A DNA stretch of 64,000 nucleotides from Mobula birostris (GCF_030028105.1 NC_092395.1:43552459-43616458); one strand, 5' to 3'. Counted from the first letter of the stretch, positions 48,372 to 61,039 are shown. Numbers and translations are program-made. Notes: generated by a model not told the origin, from the sequence alone.

Positions 48372-49560
48372 ATGGACCCAACAGAGAGAGAGAGCAGCTG
48401 ACCTTGGTTGTGAGACTCAAGTAGGAGACAAGCTACAGGCAGTGGAATCTGTTCTAAGTGAAGTTACGGAGGCAATGAAGCAGATAAACTCGTGCCGCCA
48501 AGCCCGGTCTCCCTTGGAGGGATAGGTATCATCCCTAGCCGCAACTGTTCAACAGCTCACTAAACAATCGGACTCGGGTGTCTGCGATTTCCGTACTCAT
48601 GGTCGCCATCTACGAACTTGCTGTGAACAGCCTGCATCAGCTGACAGCCTTTAACGTTCTCGCCAGCTCAATTCAGCAGCTTCAGGCTGCCTCAGTCCCA
48701 CTTCCAGCATCTCGCAGGTCCTCCTTTTCTGCTGCACCGACATGATCTGCTACTAATGCCCCTGCTCCCGCACCTGGACCAGAACAGATTCCCACGACCG
48801 TACAGGAACCCAGTATTCAACCACCAGGCAGATATTTTGGTGATCCCGATGGTTGCAGGAATTTTATTACCCAATGCGGGTTGACATTCCAAGCCCAGCC
48901 TGGTCGTTTTGGTGATGATGCGCGAAAACTAGCGTACATGGTCATTTTTCTTGACGGACCTCCACTCAGCCTGTTCAGCGCTTTACGGGAGCAAGGATAC
49001 CCCGCAGCCCAGTCGTTCTGCCATTTCGTAGAGGAGTTAAGGAGAGTTTTTGATCTTCCAGTACAGGGTCAGGAGACTGGCCACTGACTCTTGGACCTGC
49101 CCCAAGGCAGAGGAACGGTGAGAGCCTATGCAGTGAAATTCCGTAGCCTTGAAATAGAGACGGGATGGAATGAGAGATCTCTCATCACTGCCTTTCTGCG
49201 TGGACTGAATGCAGATGTCCAGCATGAGATCGCTGTCTGGGAGGAGCAGGATAGTCAGGATGACCTGATTAATCTGGTTATTCGAGTTGATGACCAGGAA
49301 ACTGAGTGGCGCAGGGAAAGAATGTTTCAAACTTCCTGATCACAGTCTTTCCTAGACCTCTCCCCCCACACACCACCCAGCACCCAGCCCACGGAGGAGA
49401 CTATGCAAGTGGGATGCATGGGCCTGTCTCGGGAGGAAGGAGAGTGGCGCTGGAGAACAGGTTCCTGCCTCTATTGCGGTGATCCAGGACACTTCCGGGC
49501 GGCATGTTCCAAGCGTCCAGTAAAAGTGAAAAACCGTCAGCAGAGAGGGGAATCCTGTCG
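48372..49560 (+). pseudogene. Sushi-type gag with stops and frameshifts
   Basis: YFGDPDGCRNFITQC, VRAYAVKFRSL..ETGWNE..L..AF..GLN, CLYCG.PGHFRAAC. Confidence 0.85.
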
Positions 49561-49639
49561 GGTCGGTTCTCTCTTCAGTCAGCTTCCCCAATTCTGTAAT
49601 GCTTGCAGCTTCCATGTCGTGGAGGTCTCAGACCCATGA

Positions 49640-50612
49640 CCCTAAGGCATTTATTGACTCTGGTGCAGCCGGGAATCTTATGGACATCTCTCTTACTCAA
49701 TGATGGGGAGCTTCAACTCAGGAATAAAGAGAAAAGATCAACGACAAGGCACTGGGCGGTCGACTTCTTGGAACCAGCCATATCCACCTTTCCAAACAAC
49801 CCACCCAACTAGTGCCGAGGACAACCATGATGAATAAATATCTTTCATTCTGGTTAATTCTCCTGAACTGCCACTGGTACTTGGTCTTCCCTGGTTAACC
49901 CGACATAACCCACGGATCAATTGGTCTCTGGAAGTATTCCAAGATTGGGGACCGGCATGCCTGTCTACCTGTCTGGGTCCAGCTCAAGCTCCATTCCATG
50001 AATTCCCCTCCCTGTGTCAGCAAACGATGTGGACCCGTCTGGGATTCCGGCTGTATATGCGGATCTCCCTGATGATGTCAGTAAAAGAAAGGCCACCATC
50101 CTGTCCCCACATCGGCCATACGACTGTGCCATAGACCTCCTACCTGACACTAGTCCTCCCCGGGGCCGGCTTGTTTCCTTCTCTCGTCCTGAAACGGTGG
50201 CCATGGAGGAATACATTAAGGAGGCATTGAGAATGGGGTTTATCCGTCCGTCAAACTCGCCGGCAGGAGCTGTATTCTTTTTTGTGAACAAGAAAGATGG
50301 CAAGCTCCGTCCCTGCTTCGATTATCGGTCCCTGAACAACATCACTATGAAAAACAGCTACCCTCTTCCCTTGCTGGCATCTGCGTTCGAACATTTCCAG
50401 GGAGCAACAATATTTTCCAAAATTGATCTGCGTAATGCTTACAATCTGATTCGTTTAAGAGAAGGGGATGAGTGGAAAACGGCTTTCAGCACCCCTCATG
50501 GCCACTATGAATACCTGGTGATGCATTTTGGTCTGGCCAACACCCCCGCTGTATTCCAGGTCTTGGTTAACGAGGTGCTCAGGGACATGTTGAAATAGTT
50601 TGTGTTTGTGTA
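49640..50612 (+). pseudogene. Sushi-type pol, 5' part (protease and RT up to the YxDD motif)
   Basis: FIDSGAAGNLMD; [13 protein letters not shown]; [28 protein letters not shown]; [10 protein letters not shown]; cut at FVY by the nested element. Confidence 0.9.
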
Positions 50613-51266
50613 TGTAATATGCAACATGCTGTAAGGTTTCACTGATAATGTAATGGTTTCTCTGTAGCAGCAATGTTTGAGTTATGTATGACTAGAGATA
50701 ACGGGGGTTAGAATGCTGTTGCTCTTTCTTGTGAGTCTGGAAGAAAGATTTTGGCGGTCTTTGCCCCGGAGAGAGAGGAGAGACGACACGAATGGAGGGA
50801 GTTGGTAGACCACCGGACAGAGTGTACTTGGAGCGAGGGTCCGAAGGGCAGCGACGATCAGAGGAGGTCGATGGTAGACGACCGGCCTATCAGTGAGCTC
50901 CTTTTTCTTTTTTTTTCCTTTTTCTTTACTAATCCTTTCGTCAAAGTAAGAATTATAAAGCTTAATCGTTTAATCGTATATTGTATACTGTTTGTTATTT
51001 CGGGGTACTGATTTGTAACTGGGGGCACATCGCACAGCATCCACCCAAACGAGATTTCTTAAGTTTGGCCGGGCGGGGGGCTATCACCCCGCTAGCCGAA
51101 GCGAGAGTTACAATTGTGGGTGCTACGTTCGGGATTGATTCCGTTGGTTGCTGTCTGATTACCCTGAGCAATGAACCAGTGGGACAGATATTTGTACTCC
51201 GGATGAATTGTTATTTCGCCTGTCAAGTACTGTTAAAGTTGCGGTTGTTGGCGAAGGTTTGATAAA

Positions 51267-53000
51267 ATGGCTGGCGCAGCTTTGGTTTTAATGCGGGCCA
51301 GCGCTAAGGTAGCGGTAGCTCGGTGCGGAAATTTCAAAGACAGGGTTCTCTGGTTTCTGAGGAGTGAGAGGAAGGAGTGGTGGGATTTGGAATGTCTAAT
51401 TAGTCCACCTTCCCCGGTGAAGAGTGAGAATTCATGGTTAGTATCCGCCCTTGCTTCTCTGGCGAATAAATGGAAAAACCAGATTCAAAGTCCCAGCTAT
51501 GGCAGGGTCCGCCTATTCTCTGCAATAACGCCACCCCTAAAGGAGAGGAGGAGTACGAGACTTGGGCGGAGCGGACCTCTCAGTTGTTAGATGAGTGACA
51601 GTGCTCTGATGTAAAGCGACAGAAATTGGTTGAAAGTTTGAATGGGCGAGCCGCTGAGGTTGTGGGATCTGTCAGGTTGAAATATCCGGTAGCGACAGCT
51701 GTCAATTACAAGCAAGCACTGGACAATGCTTTTTGCCCGAATGGAATCCCAATGGACCTCATGCTGGGGTTTCAGAACATGCGTCAGGAGAAGGGGAAGA
51801 AGCTTTCTGGTTCTATTTTTCGGCTAGAGAGGCAGCTAAATTGCTTGCAGCGTAGAGGGGTCATTCAGGCGGCTGAGGGGGATCAGTTAAGAATGGACCA
51901 GACAGCCAGGGGCGTCCAGTCCAATGACCTGTTTGCTTGCGGTCTCCGACAGTCTCGTAAGACGCGCCCCTCGTCCATCTTTTGTTGAGCTGATCAGAGG
52001 GGAAGAGGAGAACACGGCGGAAGCGCGGGAGGACTCTGTCAGCAGGGTACAGTCCTCGGTAGTCGTCCCCTGCGGGAAGTGACCACAGATAGCCTACCCC
52101 GCGGAGCGGTAGAGGAGGTTGTGGCAGAGATATGTAAAACTCGCTTTGCCGACTGTCATGATCTCGGGGGTGGCGCCCCCTACCCGGCCAAACTTTAGCA
52201 CTCTTGTTTGGGTGGATGCTACGTGTTGTGTCCCCTGTGTAACGTCAGTACCCCAAAATAACACTCAGTCCACGATGTGCGGTTAAACGATTAAGATTTT
52301 ATATTTAAGTATGGGGCTAGTAGCGAAACAAAAGAAAAACATATAAAAGGTGCCGATAATCTCACAAACATGTCCAGTGCACAAACGTTGGAGCTCACGG
52401 ATTCTCTTTCGCTGATCCTCCTTCGCTCGTCGTCGACCCCTGGGCTCCCGCCCCGAGCCCAGGCCCAGCGGGTCCGGCAACCGTCTCCTCAAGCCACGTC
52501 TTCTCTCTTCATCCTCCTCGCGCCTTCTCCCCCAAGTCGCGCAAACGAACAGCTTTCACACAGACAGAAAGAATAACATCTATCCCAATTGGTTAACAAA
52601 TGAACGCAAGTCCCGTTATCATTAATTTTAACCCAAATATGCCGCTGCAGAGAACATTAGCTCATGAGTTAACATTACAGAGAAGCCATTCATTATTAGC
52701 CTTAGCAAGTAACATGAAAGAAGAAACCCTTACACTTGAGAACGGAAATATGTTGGCTGTTATCAGCGGGTGTGACACCCCCCACATATGATGAAACTAA
52801 TGGAGGGGCAGATACCCCAAGTGGACGAACAATGTGGAGGGCTGCTGGCAGTAGGTGTCACGCCAGAAGGAGAGTGAGCCCCCGGGTACCTCAGCAGGGA
52901 GAGTCGTTGGGAAAACCTAGAGGCGACCCAGTGAGGAAACGGCCTGGTGTCTCTGGGGGAACACGTCCCCAGCAATGTAACGAGGAACCCCAGAAAGCGA
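51267..53000 (+). pseudogene. PNMA-like gag, frameshifted and interrupted by a solo LTR
   Basis: SYGRVRLFS..TP..KGEEEYETWAE..SQLLDE*QCSD.KRQKLVESLNGRAAEVV...ALDNAF...Q.KG.KLS..IFRLE..LN.L..RG. Confidence 0.85.
52133..52734 (-). mobile_element. Solo LTR of a related Gypsy family, inverted, inside the PNMA-type gag
   Basis: Termini TGTAA...TTACA; reverse complement of 52133-52260 matches the U5 end of the family B LTR (agcatccacccaaac..aagtttggccggg..agcgag..ttaca). No clean TSD found. Confidence 0.8.
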
Positions 53001-53074
53001 AAGGCCCAATTCCTGAAGGCTTAGTGAGTCCATGCTCCAGTGTTGTCGCTACAAATAGAGGGTATTTATACTAA

Positions 53075-56000
53075 AACCATACTCGACACCTGGTCATAGG
53101 TCACGTTGTTGAACGTCCGTTTTACAACCTGTATCTGAAGCATTTATCATTGACACCATTTCGGGCACTGGAGATCTGGGGGCTTAGTGCTTGTGATTAT
53201 CCATACAACGGTTATTTGTCAGTAAAGTTGGAGTTCTCACAAGCCGATACAGGAGTGTCTGAGGTCCTTGATACATTTGTGCTGGTTTGTCCGGACCCTG
53301 TTGAGAAGGGCGGCGTTTCAATTCTGGTGGGGATCAACACCCCTCTTGTGAAGAAGCTCATGAGGGCCTGCAAGGAGAAGGCTGGGGAGAGTTTTCTGGG
53401 AACATTGTCCAGGCACCCGGTGTTTCGAGCTGCTTTTGAGGAAGTGCGTGGCTGCATCAGGCCGGATATCGAATTTAGACGAGGAACTGTGTGGTTCACC
53501 CAGTCGATGCCAGTACGGCCCGGGGAAATAGCGAGAGTGATGGGGACCCCCAAATTTCCCGGAGTGCCGGAAGGCGAAGCCCTCTTACTGGACGCTCTGG
53601 ACAACCATGAGGGGGAGACGGGGTTTCCTGCTGGGGTACTGGTGAGGCCCGAATTACGGAAGCCCTCGGTCGTACTGGCAAGCAGGATGGCGGTGATTGT
53701 CAGGAACACTACGAAGACGGAGCTGACCTTCAAGCGGGGGATGTCCCTGGCGCATTTGTTCCCGGTGACGGTAATGTCTAGTGTCCCTGTGAGACTCGCC
53801 GGGGAGAAACTATTGGAAAAAGGGGGAAAGTTGACGGCTGAGTCATTCAACTTCGGGAACTCCCGGGTTCCTGCGGGTTGGAAGAGGAGGTTGGTAGAGA
53901 AGATGATTAAGCTTTAAGGTGTATTTTCCACTGACGAGATTGATGTGGGTTGTTCCAAGAGCACGCGTCACACTATCCAGGTGACTGAGGATACCCCGTT
54001 CAGAGAAAGTTCGCGGCTGCTGGCCCCTGCACAGCTGGAGGATGTTCGGCAGCATTTGTATAAGTTGAAGGATGCTGGGATCACCAGCGAGTCCCGAAGC
54101 CACTATGCGTTCCCAGTAGTAGTGGCCCGAAAGAAGAATGGGAAGGTACGGATGTGTGTGGACTATAGGACTCTGAACAGGCGCACCATCCCTGACCAGA
54201 ATACTGTCCCGATGATTGAAGAGCCGCTGGCCTGCCTGAGTGGTGTGAAATGGTTCACTGGGCTGGACTTGAGGAGCGGATATTACCAGATCCCCATGAG
54301 TGAGGCCGACAAAGAGAAAACGGCATTTATCTGTCCTTTGGGATTTTGACAGTTCGAAAGGATGCCCCAGGGCATTTCGGGAGCTCCTGCAACCTTCCAG
54401 CGGGTCATGGAGAAGACGGTGGGGGATATGAATTTGCTTGAGGTATTGGTATATCTGAATGACCTCATAGTATTTGGCTGCACCTTGGAAGAACATTAAG
54501 CGAGGCTGCTGATGGTCTGGGCCGCCTGAAAGCTGAAACATTAAAGCTTTCCCTGGGCAAGTGCCAGTTCTGCCAAACGTCTGTTAGCTATTTTAGGCAC
54601 ATAGTCTCACGGGATGGGATAGTTCAGACCCTGTGAGCACTCTGCGCACGTCCCTCAGGTTCTGTGGCTACGCGAAAGTGAGTCACCCTCTGAATCAGCT
54701 TCTGTGCGGCGACCACCCCCCCCACCCCGAGGAGGAAAGGGAGGAGGGAAAAGGACAGGAGGGTGGAGAGTATCTTAGCCCGTCAGAGCCCTTTGGACCG
54801 AGGTGGGATGCAAAATGTGAGGAGGCCTTCAGTCGCTGAAGGAGAGGCTGACCCAGGCGCCAGTTCTGGCTTTTGCGGACCCCCGATTACCGTATGTACT
54901 AGAAAATTTAGCCAGACGAAAGTGTCTGGGGGCGTCGTGTATCAGGGTCAGGGCTCCGGGTTGTGGCCTGTGGCGTTTGTCAGCCGGAGTCTGTCGCCCT
55001 CTGAGAAAAACTATCCCACGCACAAGTTGGAATTTCTGGCGTTGAAATGGGCCGTGGTGGATAAGCTGAGCACCTACGGGGCCTCTACGGGGCCAAGTTT
55101 GAGGTGAGGACGGACAACAACCCCCTGACTTATATCCTGACCGCGGCGAAACTGGATGCCACAGGCCATCGGTGGTTGGCGAGGTTGTCTGCCTGTGATT
55201 TCAGCCTGAAGTACCGGCTGGGAAGCAGGAACGTCGATGATGATGCTTTGTCCCGACAGGCGCATGAGGACTGGTCAGGGCCGAGGAGTGGGAGAGCATT
55301 CCTGCCCCGGAGGTGAAGGCCCTGTGCACTTTGACATCACCGTGAAGGCAGAGGAAAAGGAGGGGCAAGAGCGAGCCGTGGATCAATTGGGGGCTTCTAA
55401 TGACGCCATGCCCCAAGTTTATTTTAACCTGACTGCTGTGAAGACAAATCAGCTGCCAGAATTGAGGTCTGGGGAAGTGGCTGCTGCTCAGCGAGATGAT
55501 CCGGGATGAATTGTTACCATTTGGGCGGCGGTCGAAAAGGGAGACATGGCTCAGGCGGAGAGGACGAAACACGCGTCGGTACCTCCATTACTACGAGAAT
55601 GGCCTCGGTTGGAGTTGAAGAACCAGATCTTATACCGGGTCACGTCACTCTCAGACCGCCCCGGCGTTGCCAGCTGGTTCTGTCCGAGAAGTATCGGAGG
55701 ATGGCGTTGAAATCACTCCATGATGATTCTGGACATTTGAGAGTGGAAAAGACCTATGGACTGCTCAGAGACCGGTTTTCCTAGCCCCGAATGAAGTCAG
55801 AGGTCGAAGAATACCGCAAGTCATGCATTGGATGCATACGGCGGAAGACACTGCCTACGCAGGCAGCTCCCTTGTCGCACCTGCAGATTGCGGGGCCTCT
55901 GGAGCTGGTGCGTATGAGTTTCCTGTCAATAGAACCCGATGAAAGCAACACGGCGAATGTCTTGGTCATCACGGACCACTACACCAGATATGCTCTGGCT

Positions 56001-56640
56001 TTTCCTACCAAGGACCAGAGGGCTTCTACGGTGGCAGAAGTGTTATGGGAGAACTACCTCGTTTATTATGGCCTTCCCAGGGGTAGTGATCAGGAATGGA
56101 ATTTCGAGAGCAGACTCATCCATGAGTTACTGGGCATGCATGGAGTCGAGGTCGAGGACCACGCTCTATCACCCAGCCAGAGAGGTTAAATCGAACCTTG
56201 CTGGACATGTTCGGGACCCTGGAGTTCAGCAAGAAGAGCAGGCGGAGTCAATATATTGGTCATCTGGTTCACAGTTATAATTGTACACGAAACAAAGCTA
56301 CTGGGTACTCGCTTTATTCTCTGATGTTTGGGCGCGAGGCAAGGTTGCCTATTGACCTTTGTTTTGGGACTGACGAGGGTGACTTACCACTGAAGACTTA
56401 TCTGAAGTATGTGTCTGACATGAGAAGAGAGTTGAAAAGGGCTTATGACTGGGGTCGCGGTCGGGAAATAGAGTCCTCATAAGGAATTTGGGACTACTTG
56501 GAAAGCATAATTTGGCTGACCGCTGGGCGGCTATGCCCCATGTGGTGGAGAGTCAGATACCAAACCTACCAGTTTTCCGCGTGAAACCAAAGATGGGAAT
56601 GGACCTGTCAAGGTTCTCCATCAGAACCACCTGTTGCCCT
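53075..56640 (+). pseudogene. Family B pol (PR, dUTPase-like spacer, RT, RNase H, IN), decayed
   Basis: ILDTWS*VTLL; VRMCVDYRTLN; FTGLDLRSGYYQI; VYLNDL; YPTHKLEFLALKWAV; VRTDNNPL; LVITDHYTRYA; YNCTR..ATGYS.Y.LMFGR. Confidence 0.88.
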
Positions 56641-57851
56641 TGGTTCAAGAGGTGCAGGTAGACCCAGAGCCCGACTTGGAGCCTACACCTAATAAGAGGA
56701 CTCTGCGGAAACGCTGGGTGCTTACCGGGCACCTAACAGGCGAAGATAGGCCGGCCCCCACCCCTGAGAGGGATACCGATTCGGAGGATGAGGACCTGGA
56801 TGGGTGGTACATGCTGCCTTTCGCTAACTCCTCATTGATTGAGGAAGAGATTCCCGGCCCTTATCCCATTGAGACGGGTGAAGTGGGCGGCGGGGGGGGG
56901 GAGGGGGAGGTGGGGGAGGGCTATCTGTGGGCAGCCTAGGTTGCAGCGGGACTCTGCAGAGGAGGAAGCAGGGTTTGATCACGGGACAGAGGGCTCCGAG
57001 TTGCATGTGGGCACGAGTATTAGATCGGGGGAGGCTTCGCCAGGTAGACTGGAAGCATCCCAGTAGTGTCGGAACCTGAAGAGTTACATGATGGGGCGCG
57101 GAGGTCTCCGAGAATTAGGAGGCCACCGGATAGATTGGCCTACGTAGCACCAGGAGAACAGAGTGTGACCCCTACTGTGTTGGGGAGCTGTATCACTGCC
57201 TTTTACACCTGGATTGTGCTTTGTGTTTTGCAGGAAGGTTTGGCGAATTATCTCAACGTCATGAGGACATGGTCAAATTTGGTGGGGAGAGTGTCACATG
57301 CTGTAGGGTTTCACTGTTGTGTAACATGCTGTAAGGTTTCACTGATAATGTAATGGTTTCTCTGTTGCAGGAATGTCTGGGTTATGACTAGAGATAACGG
57401 GGTTTGGAATGCTGTTTGTTCTTGTGAGTCTGGAAGAGAGATTTTGGCGGTCTTTTGCCGGGGAGAGATGAGGAGAGAGGACCCGAATGGAGGGAGTTGG
57501 TGGACCACCGGATGGAGTGGACTTGGAGCGAGGGTCTGAAGGGCAGCGACGATCGGAGGAGGTCGATGGTGGACGACCGGCTTATCAGTGAGCTTCAACA
57601 TTGCGCAATAGACTGGTCCATAAGAATGGGCAGTTTTCTTTTTTTCGTTTTATTTACTAAGCCTACAGTCAAAGTAGGAATTATTAAGCTTAATCGTTTA
57701 ATTGTATATTGTATACTATTTGTTATTTCGGGGTACTGATTTGTAACAGGGGACACATCCCGCAGCATCCACCCAAACGAGATTTCTTAAGATTGGCCGG
57801 GCCGGGGGCTATCACCCCTATATTAAGCCGCTAACAGAAGCGAGAATTACA

Positions 57852-60430
57852 TGTATTTAGGTGACATCCTTATCTATTCGCGCTCTCATCAAGAGCACGT
57901 CCAGCATGCTCGGAGAGGACTCAGACGCCTTCTTGAAAATAACCTGCACGCCAAGCCTGAAAAATGTGAATTCCATAAAAAAAAAACAGGTGCCATTTTT
58001 GGGCTATATACTTACCCCTTCCAGTGTTCAAATGGACCCTAGCAAAGTTCAGGCAATTACAGAGTGGCCCAAACCGTCTACAGTCAAACAGGTACGGCGC
58101 TTCATGGGGTTTGCGAACTGTTATCGCTGCTTCATTCGGAATTCCGGCTCTATCGCGGCTCCAATGAATACACTCACCAAGAAAACCTCGGCAGGCTGCT
58201 ATTGGACGGACCATACCGACCAAACATTTTTAGAGCTAAAACGACGTTTTAACACTGCCCCGCTGCTGCAACACCCAGACCAATCTCGGCCATTCATTAT
58301 CGAGGTTGATGCATCCGATGTAGGCATTGGAGCTGTCCTCTCTCAGCGCTCGTCTGGGGATAGCCCTTGCACCCTTGTGCCTTTCTTTCCCGTCGCTTAA
58401 CTCTGGCCGAAATGAATTACGACGTTGGGAACTGGGAGCTTCTCGCTGTCAAGAAGGCCCTAGAGGAATGCCGACACAGGCTGGAGGGGGCAGGGCATCC
58501 ATTCTTGGTCTGGACAGATCACAAGAATCTCTCCTATATTCAGATGCTAAGAGACTCTCTGGTCAAGTCCGGTGGGCTCTCTGTACACACGGTTTAATTT
58601 CATCCTCACTTATCGCCCCGGGAGCAAGTATACAAAGGCGAACGCTCTCTCCTGGCAGTTTGACGGATCTGAGGACAATGCCGATCCAGAGCCCATTCTT
58701 TCTTGTTCGTGTATCGCTGCTCCGGTGATCTGGGGATAGAGGCAGAGGTGAGGGCCGCCCAACAATCAGATCCAGGCCCGGATGAGAGACCTCCCAACCG
58801 GCTGTTTGTTCCTGCTGCGGTGCGTTCCAAGTTGTTGGAATGGGGTCACTCCTCCCGTTTGGCTGGACATCCGGGAATTCAAGGGACTCAGGAGTTTATA
58901 AAGAGACAGTGTTGGTGGCCATCTATGTCCCAGGATGTCCACGACTTTGTATCTGCCTGTCCCACCTGCGCTCGAAACAAGACATTACGTCAGAGTCCTG
59001 TGGGTCTGTTATGTCCATTGCCTGTGCCCCACCGCCCCTGGTCCCATCTCTCAGCAGATTTCATCAATGGTTATTGGAAAACATTTTAACTCTGTTTTCT
59101 AAGTGTTTATTTTAAGTGTGCCTTTATGGCATATTAGGTGTTTATTCAGATGTTGACCATGCCTTTACTATACATGAAGTGTTTGTTACTGAGTGCGTGG
59201 GATTACTGTGGTATTTGGGATGTCACCATTGAATGAAACCTGTGTACTTTTAACCCCTCGAGTAAAACGAATGTAGCCAAGTAAGAGAGGTAAGAGTAAT
59301 TGATTTATTAGTTAGAGTAAAAAAAAACTTATAGAGGTATGCTAACCCAGAAGGGCTATAAAGAATGTTGTGTGAAAACGACAAATGGGCAGTCAGTGAC
59401 AGACTTACACAGGCTAGTCCACTGTCTGTCTCAGCTTTACTTTGCAAATTAAAGTTTAAACATTTCTTGAAGAATCTTCAGCGCTTCCTTGTCATTTGTA
59501 AAACCACGACATGGTCTGCCCTCGTCTAATGGAAACGCCACCATTTTGGTCGTTGTGGATCGATTTTCCAAGGCTGCCCACTTCATTGCCCTCCCCAAGC
59601 TCCCATCGGGTCGTGAGACTGCCACACTCATGGTTCAACACGTGTTCAGGATCCATGGCTTTCCTCAAGACTGATCGTGGACCACGGTTCACTTCCCGCT
59701 TTTGGAAGGGTTTCTGCTCTCTTTTTGGAGTCACGGCCAGCCTCTCGTCTGGCTTCCATCCCCCATCTAATGGCCGGACGGAGAGAATGAACCAGGAGTT
59801 GGAGACAACCCTGCGCTGTCTTTCCTCTTCCAACCCCACGTTCTGGACCTCCCAATTGGTATGTCTCCATTTGAATGCCAGAAAGGATTCCAGCCCCGAC
59901 GTGAGAGCTCCTGCTGCTGAACAGCTGATTCAGCGCTACCAGCGCACATGGAGACAAGTCAGGGCTTCTCTGCTAAGCGCCAAGAAACAGCATTCCCGGC
60001 AGGCTGATCGGCTCCGTCGACAGGTAAGGCCATTCAAGCCAGGAGAGGAGGTCTGGTTGGTATCAAGGGATCTTCCTCTGAAAGTCGAGAACCGGAAACT
60101 GGCACCGCGCTACGTGGGACCGTTTGCAGTGGAAAGGGCTGTCAGCAAGGTGCCTATAGACTGCGTCTACCAGCATCACTGAAGATCCACCAGTATTCCA
60201 TATTTCCCAGCTGAAGCCTGTTACTACCTCTCCCTTGGCCCCACTCACCCCACCTACCCCTCCTTCCCGCTTGGTAGATGGTTCCCTTGCCCATATTATG
60301 CGGCGCCTCCTGGAATCCCGCCGGGTACGTGGTAAGGTCCAGTACCTTGTGGACTGGGAAGGATATGGCCCAGAAGAACGTACTTGGATACCGGTGAAGG
60401 ACATCTTGGACCAGTCGCTGATCCGGGACC
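57852..60430 (+). pseudogene. Sushi-type pol, 3' part (rest of RT, RNase H, integrase, chromodomain)
   Basis: YLGDILIYS; [19 protein letters not shown]; [12 protein letters not shown]; VWTDHKNL; [11 protein letters not shown]; [11 protein letters not shown]; chromodomain RRLLESRRVRGKVQYLVDWEGYGPEERTWIP..DILD. Confidence 0.9.
59072..59511 (-). mobile_element. Solo LTR (440 bp) inserted in the sushi integrase, 4-bp TSD TGGT
   Basis: Termini tattg...cgaca (one mismatch each from TGTTG...CAACA); TGGT at 59068-59071 and 59512-59515; host frame DFI.GL is restored on removal (compare 13888-13910). Orientation inferred from a minus-strand AATAAA. Confidence 0.75.
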
Positions 60431-61039
60431 TCCAGTGGACACAGGTCTGTGCGCCTCAGGGGCTGCCCCTGCAAGGGGGTGGGGGGGCGGGGGGAGCTGT
60501 CACAACCACGGATTCGGCAGCGAGGGAGATACGGCAATTGTGCTTGTTAATTTGCACATGTCAGCTAATTATTTAATCGTGATAGTATTGAATTCCATAC
60601 TTGTCGTCGTAGTGCTTCTCGAGACTTGCACAGAGAACAGCAACGCTTCGCTGTCTGTTTTGCTTTCGGCCTTTCGCTGAGAAAATAGGACTTTCGAGTC
60701 AACTGACTCTGAAGACTAGCGGTATTCGTTTAATATTTAGGTTTTCTTTTCAGCAACAGTGTAGACTTCGGTTCTCATCTGAGAGTTTTAGTTAACGACT
60801 CTATTTGGCCAAGCGTTTATTGTTTATTTTCCCTCAAACACTGTTCGCAGTAAAGTTTGTGAACTATCGACCTGCTTCAGTGTCTCTCTCTCCGCACTTG
60901 GGCCATATCCGAACCTGGTAACAAGTACTTGATGCATGTTAGAGGAAAGTTGAACAGGCACCAATGGGGTTGCTCTACATGGCTTCAATGGGCTGAATGG
61001 CCTTATTATGTGTTTTCATAAATTGCACCATAAGATCAC

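Larger units (their letters stand above)
50613..57851 (+). mobile_element. Nested Ty3/Gypsy element with PNMA/Ma-type Gag (family B), 4-bp TSD TGTA
   Basis: LTRs 50613-51112 and 57292-57851 (outer termini TGTAAT/ATTACA); TGTA at 50609-50612 and 57852-57855; degenerate tRNA-Pro-like PBS at about 51113-51134; PPT 57281-57291. Confidence 0.93.
47931..60923 (+). mobile_element. Complete Tf1/sushi-type chromovirus (family A) carrying nested insertions; 5-bp TSD AGTAC
   Basis: LTRs 47931-48355 and 60498-60923 (about 10% divergent by eye); AGTAC at 47926-47930 and 60924-60928; gag from ATG 48372; protease FIDSGA; RT; RNase H; IN; chromodomain; PPT 60473-60497; empty site at about 35160-35180. Confidence 0.95.

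Noticed and set aside
53212-53850. 212-aa antisense ORF in family B
   Set aside because: It is the shadow of the sense pol frame 53150-53917, with no independent motif.
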